Shown: positions 8,835-17,372, counted from the stretch's first letter. The stretch: DNA of 32,000 nt from Bacillus subtilis subsp. subtilis str. 168 (GCF_000009045.1 NC_000964.3:1380001-1412000); one strand, 5' to 3'. Numbers and translations: made by a program. Notes: generated from the letters alone by a model not told the origin.

Positions 8835-10452
8835 CACGCACCTCCTCTTGAAATGCCATCCATTCATATAGAAGGGGAAGGGTGAGCTTTGCTTTTTGAA
8901 CAAGCCCTGTTTCTTGAGAAAACAACTGCGCTGGAGATCCGTCAAAGGCCAGGCCTGTATCGTGAAGCACAAGCACGCTGTCAGCATACGAAGAGACTAG
9001 CTCCATATCGTGTGTAATCATAAGGACAGCAGTTCCCTCTGCCTTGATACGTTGAATCATTTCCATGCATTCAGCCGCCGTGCGGGCATCCTGGCCAAAG
9101 GTTGGTTCGTCTAATAATAAAACCTTTACGTCATGCATGAGCATAGTAGCTACGCTCAGTCGCCGTTTTTGCCCTTGGCTGATCGCAAACGGATGATGAT
9201 CAGCCAAATGCGCAAGACCAAAACGCTGCAGCAGGTGTTGCGCTTTTTTCTCAGTTTCAGCATTTGCTTTCTGGCCGAACAGAAGCTCGTCATACACCGT
9301 ATCGGTGACGAATTGATGCTCAGGGTTTTGAAAAACAAATCCCATCCGTTTACGCAATTCTTTTTCTTTATATTTCTGCAGCGGCTGATCATAGAGAAGG
9401 ATTTTGCCGCTTTGCGGTTTCATGAGACTGGCCAGAACTGATAGGAGCGTCGATTTTCCAGTTCCGTTCGGACCGACAAGCGCCGTTAAAGAGCCTTCGC
9501 GCAACGAAAAGCTGATGTCTTTGAAAATCGCCTGCTGTCCTCTCGCGAACGAAAGGCTGCTGACTTCAAGCACACTCTCCCCAGAAGGGGCTTTCTTCTT
9601 TTTGACATGCCCGGCAGGAATAGGCTCTTTGAACAGCATCTCTTTTGATAAAGTAAACGGCATACTCAGCTTTTCCTGCAGATGACAGACCTTTGGAATG
9701 GCGATGCCCAATTTCTTTAGTGTCTCCGCTTCATGCTGAAATAGATTTTTCGTCAGGCCATCCAGTGCCTTTTTGCCTGATTTGTCGAGTACGATCGTTC
9801 TCTCAATCCAAGGCGCCCATTCATCAAGCTGGTGCTCAATGACGAGGAGGCTGAAACCTTTTTCCCGCTGAAGATCCTTCATCAGATGAACGAACTCCCG
9901 AGCTGAGAAAGGGTCTAAAAGAGAGGTCGGCTCATCTAAAATAATAAGCTCAGGCTCCATCGCCAAAATACAGGCGAGAGCCACTTTCTGCTTTTGTCCT
10001 CCTGAAAGGGTTGAGATCATTTTTTCTTTTAAATGGGTAATGCGTAATTTTTCTAATACGGCGTTGATTTTCTCTGTCATTTCTTCTTTTGGAATTTGCA
10101 GATTTTCCAGCCCGAACGCTATTTCGTCCTCCACCGTCAGCATGCAGAACTGCTGATCAGGATCCTGAAAAACGACCCCGGCATGCTGAGTAATCGTTTC
10201 GGAGGTTTCAGCATCTGTGACCGGCTTTTGAAATAGAAATACATGTCCGGACTGAATGCCGTCGCAAGCCTCCGGATATAGACCGTTTAAACAAAGGGCG
10301 AGCGAGCTTTTACCGCATCCGCTCGGTCCTAATAATAAAACACATTCTCCTTTTTGAAGCTCAAACGAAATGTCTTGAAAAACCGGTTTCTCGTCTTCTT
10401 CATAAGAGAAGCTGAGCTGCTCAACCGTCAGAAGCTCATCAAAGGCTTGCAT
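8809..10452 (-). CDS. ykoD: fused double ATPase (A-A') of the ECF-type transporter
   Basis: 547 aa. It has two Walker A motifs ([18 protein letters not shown]) and two signature motifs ([16 protein letters not shown]). Confidence 0.93.
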
Positions 10453-11038
10453 GTTCTGACGCCCGCTTCCGTTTCTTTTTCAGTTCCTTTCCGAGTGCCA
10501 TTCCGTTTAACACACCTGTATAAGCGAGAGAGTCGCTGACAGCTTTTCCGAGAAGCCCCGCCAAAAGCGCGCCGGAAATGAGGCGGATCACAAGCATAAT
10601 GAGCAGATAACCTGGTGAATAGGCTGCATAGCCAGAAACAAAGAGATCATAGATAAAGCTGGCTACTGAAGACCCCATACCGGCCAGCATAAGGACAGGG
10701 AGAGAGTATGCTTTCCAGCGTGTTGCAAGAAATACAGCCTCAGCCCCGAGCCCTTGAACAATGCCAATGACGATGACCATCGGGCCAGACGGATTTCCCA
10801 GCAGGCACTCAACGAGAGCGGCAATGATTTCAGAAACGAGCGCCGCACCCGGTTTTCGAATCATGTACGCGGCGATCACAGAAACGATAAACCAAATGCC
10901 GTAAATTGGTTCATAGGCGATTGGCCCAAACATACCTGCAAGTACGTTTCCGAAATGTGTAAATAATAAATAAACAACGGCAAATACGATACTGATAACG
11001 GACATGATGACAATTTCTTTTACTTTCCAGCTTTTCAT
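10439..11038 (-). CDS. ykoE: substrate-capture (S-like) membrane component, HMP/thiamine permease
   Basis: 199 aa with about 6 hydrophobic helices. It overlaps the ykoD start by 14 nt, and its ATG lies 1 nt after the ykoF stop. Confidence 0.88.
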   Translation of the reverse strand: MKSWKVKEIVIMSVISIVFAVVYLLFTHFGNVLAGMFGPIAYEPIYGIWFIVSVIAAYMIRKPGAALVSEIIAALVECLLGNPSGPMVIVIGIVQGLGAEAVFLATRWKAYSLPVLMLAGMGSSVASFIYDLFVSGYAAYSPGYLLIMLVIRLISGALLAGLLGKAVSDSLAYTGVLNGMALGKELKKKRKRASEHASL

Positions 11039-11039
11039 G

Positions 11040-11642
11040 TTATCCCTGCTTTCTGTTTTTTCTTGATGGACTGTTAGCCGAAAGATTCACAGTCATGGTG
11101 ATGTGGTTTGTTTGCTGCTCAGCCATGCGGAAAACGGCCTCCAATGTGCTGAATACGTCATGCGCATCCCCGTCAAGCTCGCTCGCGTAATGGACACCCT
11201 GTACGAAAGTGCCTTGGGCTTTTGCAATGTCGACAGCCTCCATAATCAATCCCATATAATCCGGCTCATTCATTGGATAAAGGGCAAATTGGCACGGCGC
11301 TTCCGCCTTCAAGCCTCGGACAGCATCTTCATTGACACGCTTATCACCTTTGGAAAGATATGTATCCCCCTGTGTGTCACCCGGGCATCCAATGGAAAAC
11401 GTGCCGTTCATGACGATGTGTTGTTCGCTGTTTGCTGCATGAAGGTAAATGGCTTTTGCAGCATCGAATACATGATCAATCGATCCGCGTAACACCGTGC
11501 TGATATGGTCGGTTTTCGTCCAAACCTTGGATGTATCTGTTTTTTTCAGCGCAGACTTGATCACACTGATAAAATCATCCGTCATCGGATATAAAGAGAA
11601 GCGAAAACCGGCGATTCTGCTTGTACCGCAAATATGCTCCAT
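11040..11642 (-). CDS. ykoF: cytoplasmic HMP/thiamine-binding protein with a tandem ACT-like repeat
   Basis: 200 aa counted from ATG 11642 (MEHICGTSRIAGFRFSLYPMTDDF...). The SD AGGAGG lies 8 nt upstream. There is no signal peptide. Confidence 0.9.
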   Translation of the reverse strand: MEHICGTSRIAGFRFSLYPMTDDFISVIKSALKKTDTSKVWTKTDHISTVLRGSIDHVFDAAKAIYLHAANSEQHIVMNGTFSIGCPGDTQGDTYLSKGDKRVNEDAVRGLKAEAPCQFALYPMNEPDYMGLIMEAVDIAKAQGTFVQGVHYASELDGDAHDVFSTLEAVFRMAEQQTNHITMTVNLSANSPSRKNRKQG

Positions 11643-11667
11643 TTCTCCGACCTCCTGTTTTTTTGGT

Positions 11668-11846
11668 AAAATAAAAAACTGCATATCCTAAGGGAATATG
11701 CAGTCATAGATCGATTAAGCGCACAAAAAAATACACCATTCGGTCAACCTGCACTTCCCCACGCTGGTATTATCCAGATCGGGTCATAAGGGATCAAAGC
11801 GCGTTTCTTCCGCGCTTTATCTCAGCCAAAACAGCACCCCTAGTGC
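11668..11846 (-). promoter_or_regulatory. THI-box (TPP) riboswitch leader of ykoFEDC with terminator
   Basis: The minus strand reads GCACTAGGGGTGCTGTTTTGGCTGAGA...ACCCGATCTGGATAATACCAGCGTGGGGAAG, which is the TPP aptamer core. It is followed by the terminator stem CTGCATAT / ATATGCAG plus T6 (about 11668-11704). Confidence 0.93.
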
Positions 11847-11876
11847 TTTCCGTATACAATTTTTTATTTTGACATC

Positions 11877-11905
11877 ATAATAGATGATAAGAATCATTTT
11901 GTAAA
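11877..11905 (-). promoter_or_regulatory. sigma-A promoter of the ykoF leader
   Basis: On the minus strand: TTTACA (11905-11900), 17 nt, TATTAT (11882-11877). Confidence 0.7.
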
Positions 11906-11952
11906 CAACGAAATCATTTTTTTCATATAGGGACGGGAGAGGATGGTCAAAT

Positions 11953-12639
11953 TTGGAAAAAGGACACATATTAATTGTGGAAGATGAAGAAAAAATCGCC
12001 AGGGTTCTTCAGCTTGAATTGGAATATGAAGGATACAGCGTCACGATCAAACACAATGGCACAGAAGGTCTTGATGCGGCAGCGGAAGGCGGGTATTCCT
12101 TGGTGCTTCTTGATGTCATGCTTCCGGGGCTTAGCGGACTGGAAGTGCTGCGCCGCTTGAGAAAAACGGATTCGCAGACACCGGTCATATTATTAACGGC
12201 GCGAGACAGTATTCCTGATAAGGTAACAGGTCTGGACATCGGTGCAAATGACTATGTCACCAAGCCGTTTGAAATCGAGGAATTGCTTGCGAGAATCAGG
12301 GCGGCGCTGCGGCAAAATGGAACAAAAACTGAAGATATCGGCACCTTTCTTACATATGACGATTTGCGGGTGAACGAAAAAACCCGTGAAGTGAGACGCG
12401 GAGACAAAGAGGTGGAATTAACGCCGCGGGAATTTGATCTGCTCGTCTATATGCTAAAGCATCCGCAGCAAGTGCTGACACGGGAGCAAATTCTAAGCTC
12501 AGTATGGGGATTTGATTATATCGGTGATACAAATGTCGTGGACGTCTACATAAGATACATCAGAAAAAAACTGGACTATCCTTACGAAAAACAGCTGATC
12601 CATACGATTCGCGGGGTCGGCTATGCCATTAAGGGGTAA
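11953..12639 (+). CDS. ykoG: OmpR-family response regulator
   Basis: 228 aa with a TTG start after GGAGAGGA. The receiver motifs are VEDEE, LLDVMLPG and VTKPF. A C-terminal winged helix carries RGVGY. Confidence 0.92.
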   Translation: MEKGHILIVEDEEKIARVLQLELEYEGYSVTIKHNGTEGLDAAAEGGYSLVLLDVMLPGLSGLEVLRRLRKTDSQTPVILLTARDSIPDKVTGLDIGANDYVTKPFEIEELLARIRAALRQNGTKTEDIGTFLTYDDLRVNEKTREVRRGDKEVELTPREFDLLVYMLKHPQQVLTREQILSSVWGFDYIGDTNVVDVYIRYIRKKLDYPYEKQLIHTIRGVGYAIKG

Positions 12640-12642
12640 ACG

Positions 12643-14007
12643 ATGAAGCTGAAGACCAAGATTCATCTATACACTTCGATATCACTGTTGATTTTATTAA
12701 TTTTGGTTCATACCGCAGTATATCTCATTTTTTCGTCTGCGCTGACATCAAAGGATGCGGCCCGGCTTGCTGATGAGACGGATAACATTGCCGAAGCGCT
12801 GCGTGCCGCTGAAACAGAAGGAGTGGCTTTGCAGGATATGCTGCAGGCCTATCTTCCGGCAAATGGCATGGTGCGTGTAGTGAATGGTGATCAAAAAGCC
12901 GTTATGACGATCACAAAAGAAAAAGCCTATAAAGATTTTCCTCTCTCTTTTCATAGCGGCGAAACGGCAGATGTGAGGAAACCTGACGGCAAGCTGTTTG
13001 CCGAGGCTGCTGTTCCGGTGATTTGGACCGATGGACAAGTCGTGTCTCTTCAGCTGGTTGAAAGACTGGAGAACACAGAAGAGAGTCTGTTTCTGCTGAA
13101 AATCATCTTAATCGCTGCAAGTGCTGCTGTCTGCATTGCTTCTTTTTTTGCAGGCAGCTTGCTAGCCCGCCGAATCATCAATCCGATCAGACGATTAATG
13201 ATCACAATGAAAGACATACAGCGAGACAAAGAATTTAAAACGATTTCTTTAGAAGGACAGTCCAACGATGAATTGTATCAAATGGGGCTGACATTTAATG
13301 AAATGGCAATGATGCTGAAGGAGCACTATGATAAACAGCAGCAATTTGTTCAAGATGCTTCACACGAATTGAAAACCCCGCTCACTATTATAGAAAGCTA
13401 CAGCAGCCTGATGAAGCGGTGGGGTGCAAAAAAGCCGGAGGTGCTTGAGGAGTCGATAGAAGCCATTCACTCAGAAGCGGTGCATATGAAAAAACTGACC
13501 AATCAGCTTTTGGCGCTGGCCAAAAGCCATCAAGGACTCGAGGTTGATCTGAAAACAATCGATCTGATTAAAGCGGCGCGCGCGGTTATGCAAACGCTCC
13601 AGTCCGTTTATCAGCGTGACATATTGCTTGAAACAGATAAAGAGAGCCTGCTTGTAAAGGCAGATGAAGAACGCATCAAGCAGCTGTTGACCATTTTGCT
13701 TGATAATGCAATAAAGTATAGTGAAAAGCCTATTGAGATGTCAGCCGGAACGAGGAATGGACGGCCATTTCTATCAGTGAGGGATGAAGGCATCGGAATA
13801 CCTGAGGAGCATATCCCGCATTTGTTCGAACGGTTCTACCGGGCAGATGAGGCACGAAACAGAAAAACAGGCGGAACAGGTTTAGGCCTTTCCATTGCCA
13901 AGCAAATCGCTGATGAGCATGGCATTGAGCTGTCTGTCAAAAGCAAGCCGGGACAAGGAACAGCTGTCACCATGCAATTCAGCGAACAGAATGGGGGAGG
14001 CCGATGA
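12643..14007 (+). CDS. ykoH: sensor histidine kinase (2 TM, roughly 115-aa extracytoplasmic loop, HAMP, HisKA, HATPase)
   Basis: 454 aa. The H-box is ASHELKTPLT, the N-box LLDNAIKYS, G1 DEGIGIP and G2 GGTGLGLSIAK. The start lies 3 nt after the ykoG stop. Confidence 0.93.
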   Translation: MKLKTKIHLYTSISLLILLILVHTAVYLIFSSALTSKDAARLADETDNIAEALRAAETEGVALQDMLQAYLPANGMVRVVNGDQKAVMTITKEKAYKDFPLSFHSGETADVRKPDGKLFAEAAVPVIWTDGQVVSLQLVERLENTEESLFLLKIILIAASAAVCIASFFAGSLLARRIINPIRRLMITMKDIQRDKEFKTISLEGQSNDELYQMGLTFNEMAMMLKEHYDKQQQFVQDASHELKTPLTIIESYSSLMKRWGAKKPEVLEESIEAIHSEAVHMKKLTNQLLALAKSHQGLEVDLKTIDLIKAARAVMQTLQSVYQRDILLETDKESLLVKADEERIKQLLTILLDNAIKYSEKPIEMSAGTRNGRPFLSVRDEGIGIPEEHIPHLFERFYRADEARNRKTGGTGLGLSIAKQIADEHGIELSVKSKPGQGTAVTMQFSEQNGGGR

Positions 14008-14684
14008 CTAAAACAATAAAAACAGTATCTTTTGCTGCAGCAGCCATTTTAGTTGTCATCATCTGTACGTTTCTCATCATTCGGCAAACCCATGAGAACG
14101 TATTGTCAAAGGAGACTGTCGTAAAAAAAGTCGAAGCCTCTTATGAAGGCAAGGTCACGAAAGCAACACAATCAAAGGATAAAAAAACATATGATATAAC
14201 CCTTGAAAATCCAAAGGGAACTTACTTTGTAAAAGCAGACGCAATATCGGCTGACATTCTTTCAATGAATAGAGTAAAAGCAGTGAATCCATCTGCCATG
14301 ACAGAAAAAGAAGCCGAGCATCTCGCGCTTGAGCGGGTGCCGGGAACGGTCAAAAAACAAACACGGCAAAGTCAAGTTGCCACTTATACCATACAAAAAG
14401 AAGACGGGAAAACATACGAAGTGAAGGTAGACATGCAGGCAAAAACAGTCTTGTCTGCCGATCAAATCAGCAGCAAAGATCAACAAAAAACGCCGATTAC
14501 GAAAAAAGAAGCCAAAACAATTGCAGAGCGAAAAACGGGCGGAACAGCGGATGACGCAGATCTCGAAGAAAGTGAGGGCACTCTCATCTTTGAAGTAGAC
14601 GTTGATCTTCCTGATAATAAGGAAGCGACAGTGAAAATCAATGCCTACACAGGAAAGGTAGCTAACATTGTGTATGAAGACTGA
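14004..14684 (+). CDS. ykoI: membrane-anchored protein with three PepSY-like repeats
   Basis: 226 aa. The ATG overlaps the ykoH stop (ATGA). It has one N-terminal TM helix followed by three repeats of about 55 aa of the form (T)KEEA..I......G.V........Y.V. Confidence 0.88.
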   Translation: MTKTIKTVSFAAAAILVVIICTFLIIRQTHENVLSKETVVKKVEASYEGKVTKATQSKDKKTYDITLENPKGTYFVKADAISADILSMNRVKAVNPSAMTEKEAEHLALERVPGTVKKQTRQSQVATYTIQKEDGKTYEVKVDMQAKTVLSADQISSKDQQKTPITKKEAKTIAERKTGGTADDADLEESEGTLIFEVDVDLPDNKEATVKINAYTGKVANIVYED

Positions 14685-14775
14685 CGGTTTCTCATCAAAT
14701 TCTCATCTTGCTCTCGTTTTCCTTTCATGTTGAGTATGTAAACTGTACTCATACAAAACAAAGGAGGGCTCACAA

Positions 14776-15288
14776 ATGCTCAAGAAAAAATGGATGGTCG
14801 GTCTTTTAGCAGGGTGCCTAGCGGCCGGAGGATTCAGCTACAACGCGTTTGCCACAGAAAACAATGAAAACAGACAGGCTTCTTCTAAGACGGATGCACT
14901 CACTGAACAAGAAGCAGAAGCAATTGCTAAAACAGTTGTTGACGGCACAGTAGAAGACATTGACAGAGACCTTTACAACGGCAAAGAAGTCTATGAAGTG
15001 GAGATTGAAAAAGAAGGTGAAGACTACGACGTTTATGTAGATATTCATACAAAACAAGCGCTTAATGACCCGTTAAAGGAGAAAGCAGAACAAGTCGCCA
15101 TAACCAAAGAAGAAGCTGAAGAAATTGCTTTAAAGCAAACAGGTGGAACCGTAACAGAAAGTAAGCTTGACGAAGATGACGGTGCTTACATCTATGAAAT
15201 GGAAATCCAAACGAAGCAAGGAACTGAGACAGAATTTGAAATTTCCGCAAAAGATGGACGCATTATCAAACAGGAGATAGATGACTAA
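14776..15288 (+). CDS. ykoJ: exported (possibly lipid-anchored) protein with two PepSY repeats
   Basis: 170 aa. The SD is AAAGGAGGG. The signal peptide carries an LAGC lipobox-like motif and an AFA-T cleavage candidate. It is acidic, with two repeats beginning LTEQEAEAIAK and ITKEEAEEIAL. Confidence 0.88.
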   Translation: MLKKKWMVGLLAGCLAAGGFSYNAFATENNENRQASSKTDALTEQEAEAIAKTVVDGTVEDIDRDLYNGKEVYEVEIEKEGEDYDVYVDIHTKQALNDPLKEKAEQVAITKEEAEEIALKQTGGTVTESKLDEDDGAYIYEMEIQTKQGTETEFEISAKDGRIIKQEIDD

Positions 15289-15291
15289 TCA

Positions 15292-15318
15292 AAACCCCCG
15301 CTGCAGCGGGGGTTTTTC
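15292..15318 (+). terminator. rho-independent terminator after ykoJ
   Basis: Stem CCCCCGC (15296-15302) / GCGGGGG (15307-15313), loop TGCA, then T5. Confidence 0.88.
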
Positions 15319-15370
15319 ATGATAAGAAACCTTCTTTTGGACAATCTAAGTAGAAAAGGAGGCGAAACGC

Positions 15371-15508
15371 ATGGAAAAGAAAGAGGAGCAATACATCAAT
15401 CAGGCTGAATATGTCCCTCATCCGACGAAGGAAGGAGAGTATGCCTTATTTCTTCATGAAACGTATCATTTGCTTTCTGAAGATGACGAGACACAAACAA
15501 CAGAATAA
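15371..15508 (+). CDS. ykzD: 45-aa acidic micro-protein of unknown function
   Basis: AAAGGAGG (15356-15363) lies 7 nt before ATG 15371. The translation is MEKKEEQYINQAEYVPHPTKEGEYALFLHETYHLLSEDDETQTTE with stop TAA 15506-15508. A small hairpin follows. It is shorter than the ORF-track cutoff. Confidence 0.7.
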   Translation: MEKKEEQYINQAEYVPHPTKEGEYALFLHETYHLLSEDDETQTTE

Positions 15509-15530
15509 GGGCTTAGGCCCTTGTTTTGTT
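15507..15530 (+). terminator. weak terminator after ykzD
   Basis: Stem AAGGGC / GCCCTT with loop TTAG, followed by GTTTTGTT. Confidence 0.5.
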
Positions 15531-15569
15531 CCGTAATTGTGATGTAAGCGCATTTATTACTTTTTTGAG

Positions 15570-15598
15570 TTGACATAGCTTGTTTTTTTCTGTAATCT
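15570..15598 (+). promoter_or_regulatory. sigma-A promoter of the mgtE leader
   Basis: TTGACA (15570-15575), 17 nt, TAATCT (15593-15598). Confidence 0.75.
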
Positions 15599-15604
15599 CA
15601 GTGT

Positions 15605-15833
15605 GTCAATTCAATTAGGAACTTCGTTAGGTGAGGCTCCTGTATGGAGATACGCTGCTGCCCAAAAATGTCCAAAGACGCCAATGGGTCAACAGAAATC
15701 ATCGACATAAGGTGATTTTTAATGCAGCTGGATGCTTGTCCTATGCCATACAGTGCTAAAGCTCTACGATTGAAGGCGCCCGCACGCTTTTTTTGCCGTG
15801 CTTCTTTCACCTTCAATCCCGAAGGCTTTTTTT
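15605..15833 (+). promoter_or_regulatory. M-box (ykoK leader) Mg2+ riboswitch with expression platform
   Basis: CTTCGTTAGGTGAGGCTCCTGTATGGAGATACGCTGCTGCCCAAAAATGTCC...GGGTCAACAGAAATCATCGACATAAGGTG...CTACGATTGAAG matches the M-box aptamer as I remember it. Mutually exclusive helices and two T7 runs (15788-15794, 15827-15833) lie downstream. Confidence 0.9.
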
Positions 15834-16012
15834 ATGCCTTTAAAACGAAACCAATCAAAGGAGGTGCGGAGTATGGATTCTCCCCATTCGAGTCAATCTG
15901 AAGAAGTACCCATATACTATGACAGCAAGACAATTGATTACACGATGAGGAGACGAACTGCCGCACCTTCTGGCGAGGCCGGCACGTCTCCGTAGAGGAG
16001 GTACGAGTCCCG

Positions 16013-17368
16013 ATGGTTCAAAACATGACCTATGACGAACTCATTTTACGCATCATTATTTTACTGCGAGACGGGAAAATCAGGGATTTTAGAAGTGTTA
16101 TTGATGAGCTTCAGCCCTATGACATGGCATTTATTTTTAAAGAAATGCCGGAAAAACATCGCGCCCGCTATTTATCTTATTTAACTGTAGACGATATCAC
16201 TGATATGATCGGGGAGCTGGAACGCGAATTTCAGCTTGTCGTCTTAAATAAAGTCGGAAAAACAAAAGCAACACTGGCGATGAACAAAATGGACAACGAT
16301 GACCTCGCTCAATTGCTTGAAGAAATGGACGAAGAACTGAAGGAACAGCTTTTATCCAGCATGGAAGCGTCAGAATCAAAAGCTGTACAGCTCTTGATGA
16401 ATTACCCGGCTGATTCAGCGGGACGCATGATGACAAACCGGTATGTGTGGATCCCTCAGCATTACACGGTAAAAGACGCGGTCGTCAAACTGAAAAGCTT
16501 CGCTGAAATAGCTGAATCGATCAACTACTTATATGTTATTAATGAAAGCAAACAGCTGGTTGGGGTTCTTTCCTACCGCGATTTGATTCTGGGTGAACCT
16601 GAAGAAAAGGTGCAGGATTTAATGTTTACCCGCGTCATATCAGCAGATGCTCTTCAGGACCAGGAAGAAGTTGCCCGCCTGATAGAACGTTACGATTTTT
16701 TGGCAATACCGGTTGTAGAAGAAAACAACGTGCTTGTCGGCATTGTGACGGTTGATGATATTATCGACGTTGTTATTCGGGAAGCTGATGAGGATTACGA
16801 AAAATTTGCCGCTTCCGGTAAAGACATCACCTTTGACACAAAAGCTTACGTGGCGGCATACCGGCGTCTGCCATGGCTGATTTTACTCTTATTTATCGGA
16901 CTGATTTCAGGAAGCATTATCAGCTATTTTGAAGACGCGCTGAAGCAGGTTGTCGCGCTTGCGTTTTTCATGCCGATGGTGTCAGGGATGACAGGAAATA
17001 CGGGAACACAATCTCTTGCGGTTGTCATCAGAGGTTTGTCTAAAGAAGAAATGAACAAAAAAACGATTGTGCGCCTGATCTTCCGGGAGTTCAGAACAAG
17101 CATTTTTATCGGAGCGGTTTGTTCTGTGCTGATTGCGATTGTTTCTATCATATGGCAGGGGAATGCGCTTTTGGGATTTGTTGTCGCCTCTTCACTGTTC
17201 TTAACCTTAATCATCGGCACGATGTCAGGAACGATTATCCCTATTATTTTGCACAAACTGAAAGTAGACCCGGCGATTGCTTCTGGACCGCTGATTACAA
17301 CGTTAAACGATATTTTATCTTTATTAATCTACTTTGGCATTGCCACTGCATTCATTCACTCATTATAA
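16013..17368 (+). CDS. mgtE: MgtE-type magnesium transporter/channel (N domain, tandem CBS, 5-TM domain)
   Basis: 451 aa. The SD GAGGAGG is at 15995-16001. The CBS pair runs around VGVLSYRDL...VGIVTVDDI. The TM-domain motif is FFMPMVSGMTGNTGTQS. Confidence 0.96.
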   Translation: MVQNMTYDELILRIIILLRDGKIRDFRSVIDELQPYDMAFIFKEMPEKHRARYLSYLTVDDITDMIGELEREFQLVVLNKVGKTKATLAMNKMDNDDLAQLLEEMDEELKEQLLSSMEASESKAVQLLMNYPADSAGRMMTNRYVWIPQHYTVKDAVVKLKSFAEIAESINYLYVINESKQLVGVLSYRDLILGEPEEKVQDLMFTRVISADALQDQEEVARLIERYDFLAIPVVEENNVLVGIVTVDDIIDVVIREADEDYEKFAASGKDITFDTKAYVAAYRRLPWLILLLFIGLISGSIISYFEDALKQVVALAFFMPMVSGMTGNTGTQSLAVVIRGLSKEEMNKKTIVRLIFREFRTSIFIGAVCSVLIAIVSIIWQGNALLGFVVASSLFLTLIIGTMSGTIIPIILHKLKVDPAIASGPLITTLNDILSLLIYFGIATAFIHSL

Positions 17369-17372
17369 ACGT

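Noticed and set aside
15798-15872. The upstream 25 codons of the 65-aa ORF in the mgtE leader.
   Set aside because: The non-ATG start at 15798 has no SD and lies inside the M-box expression-platform helices. Only the internal ATG at 15873 has a consensus SD, and that one is kept as a finding.
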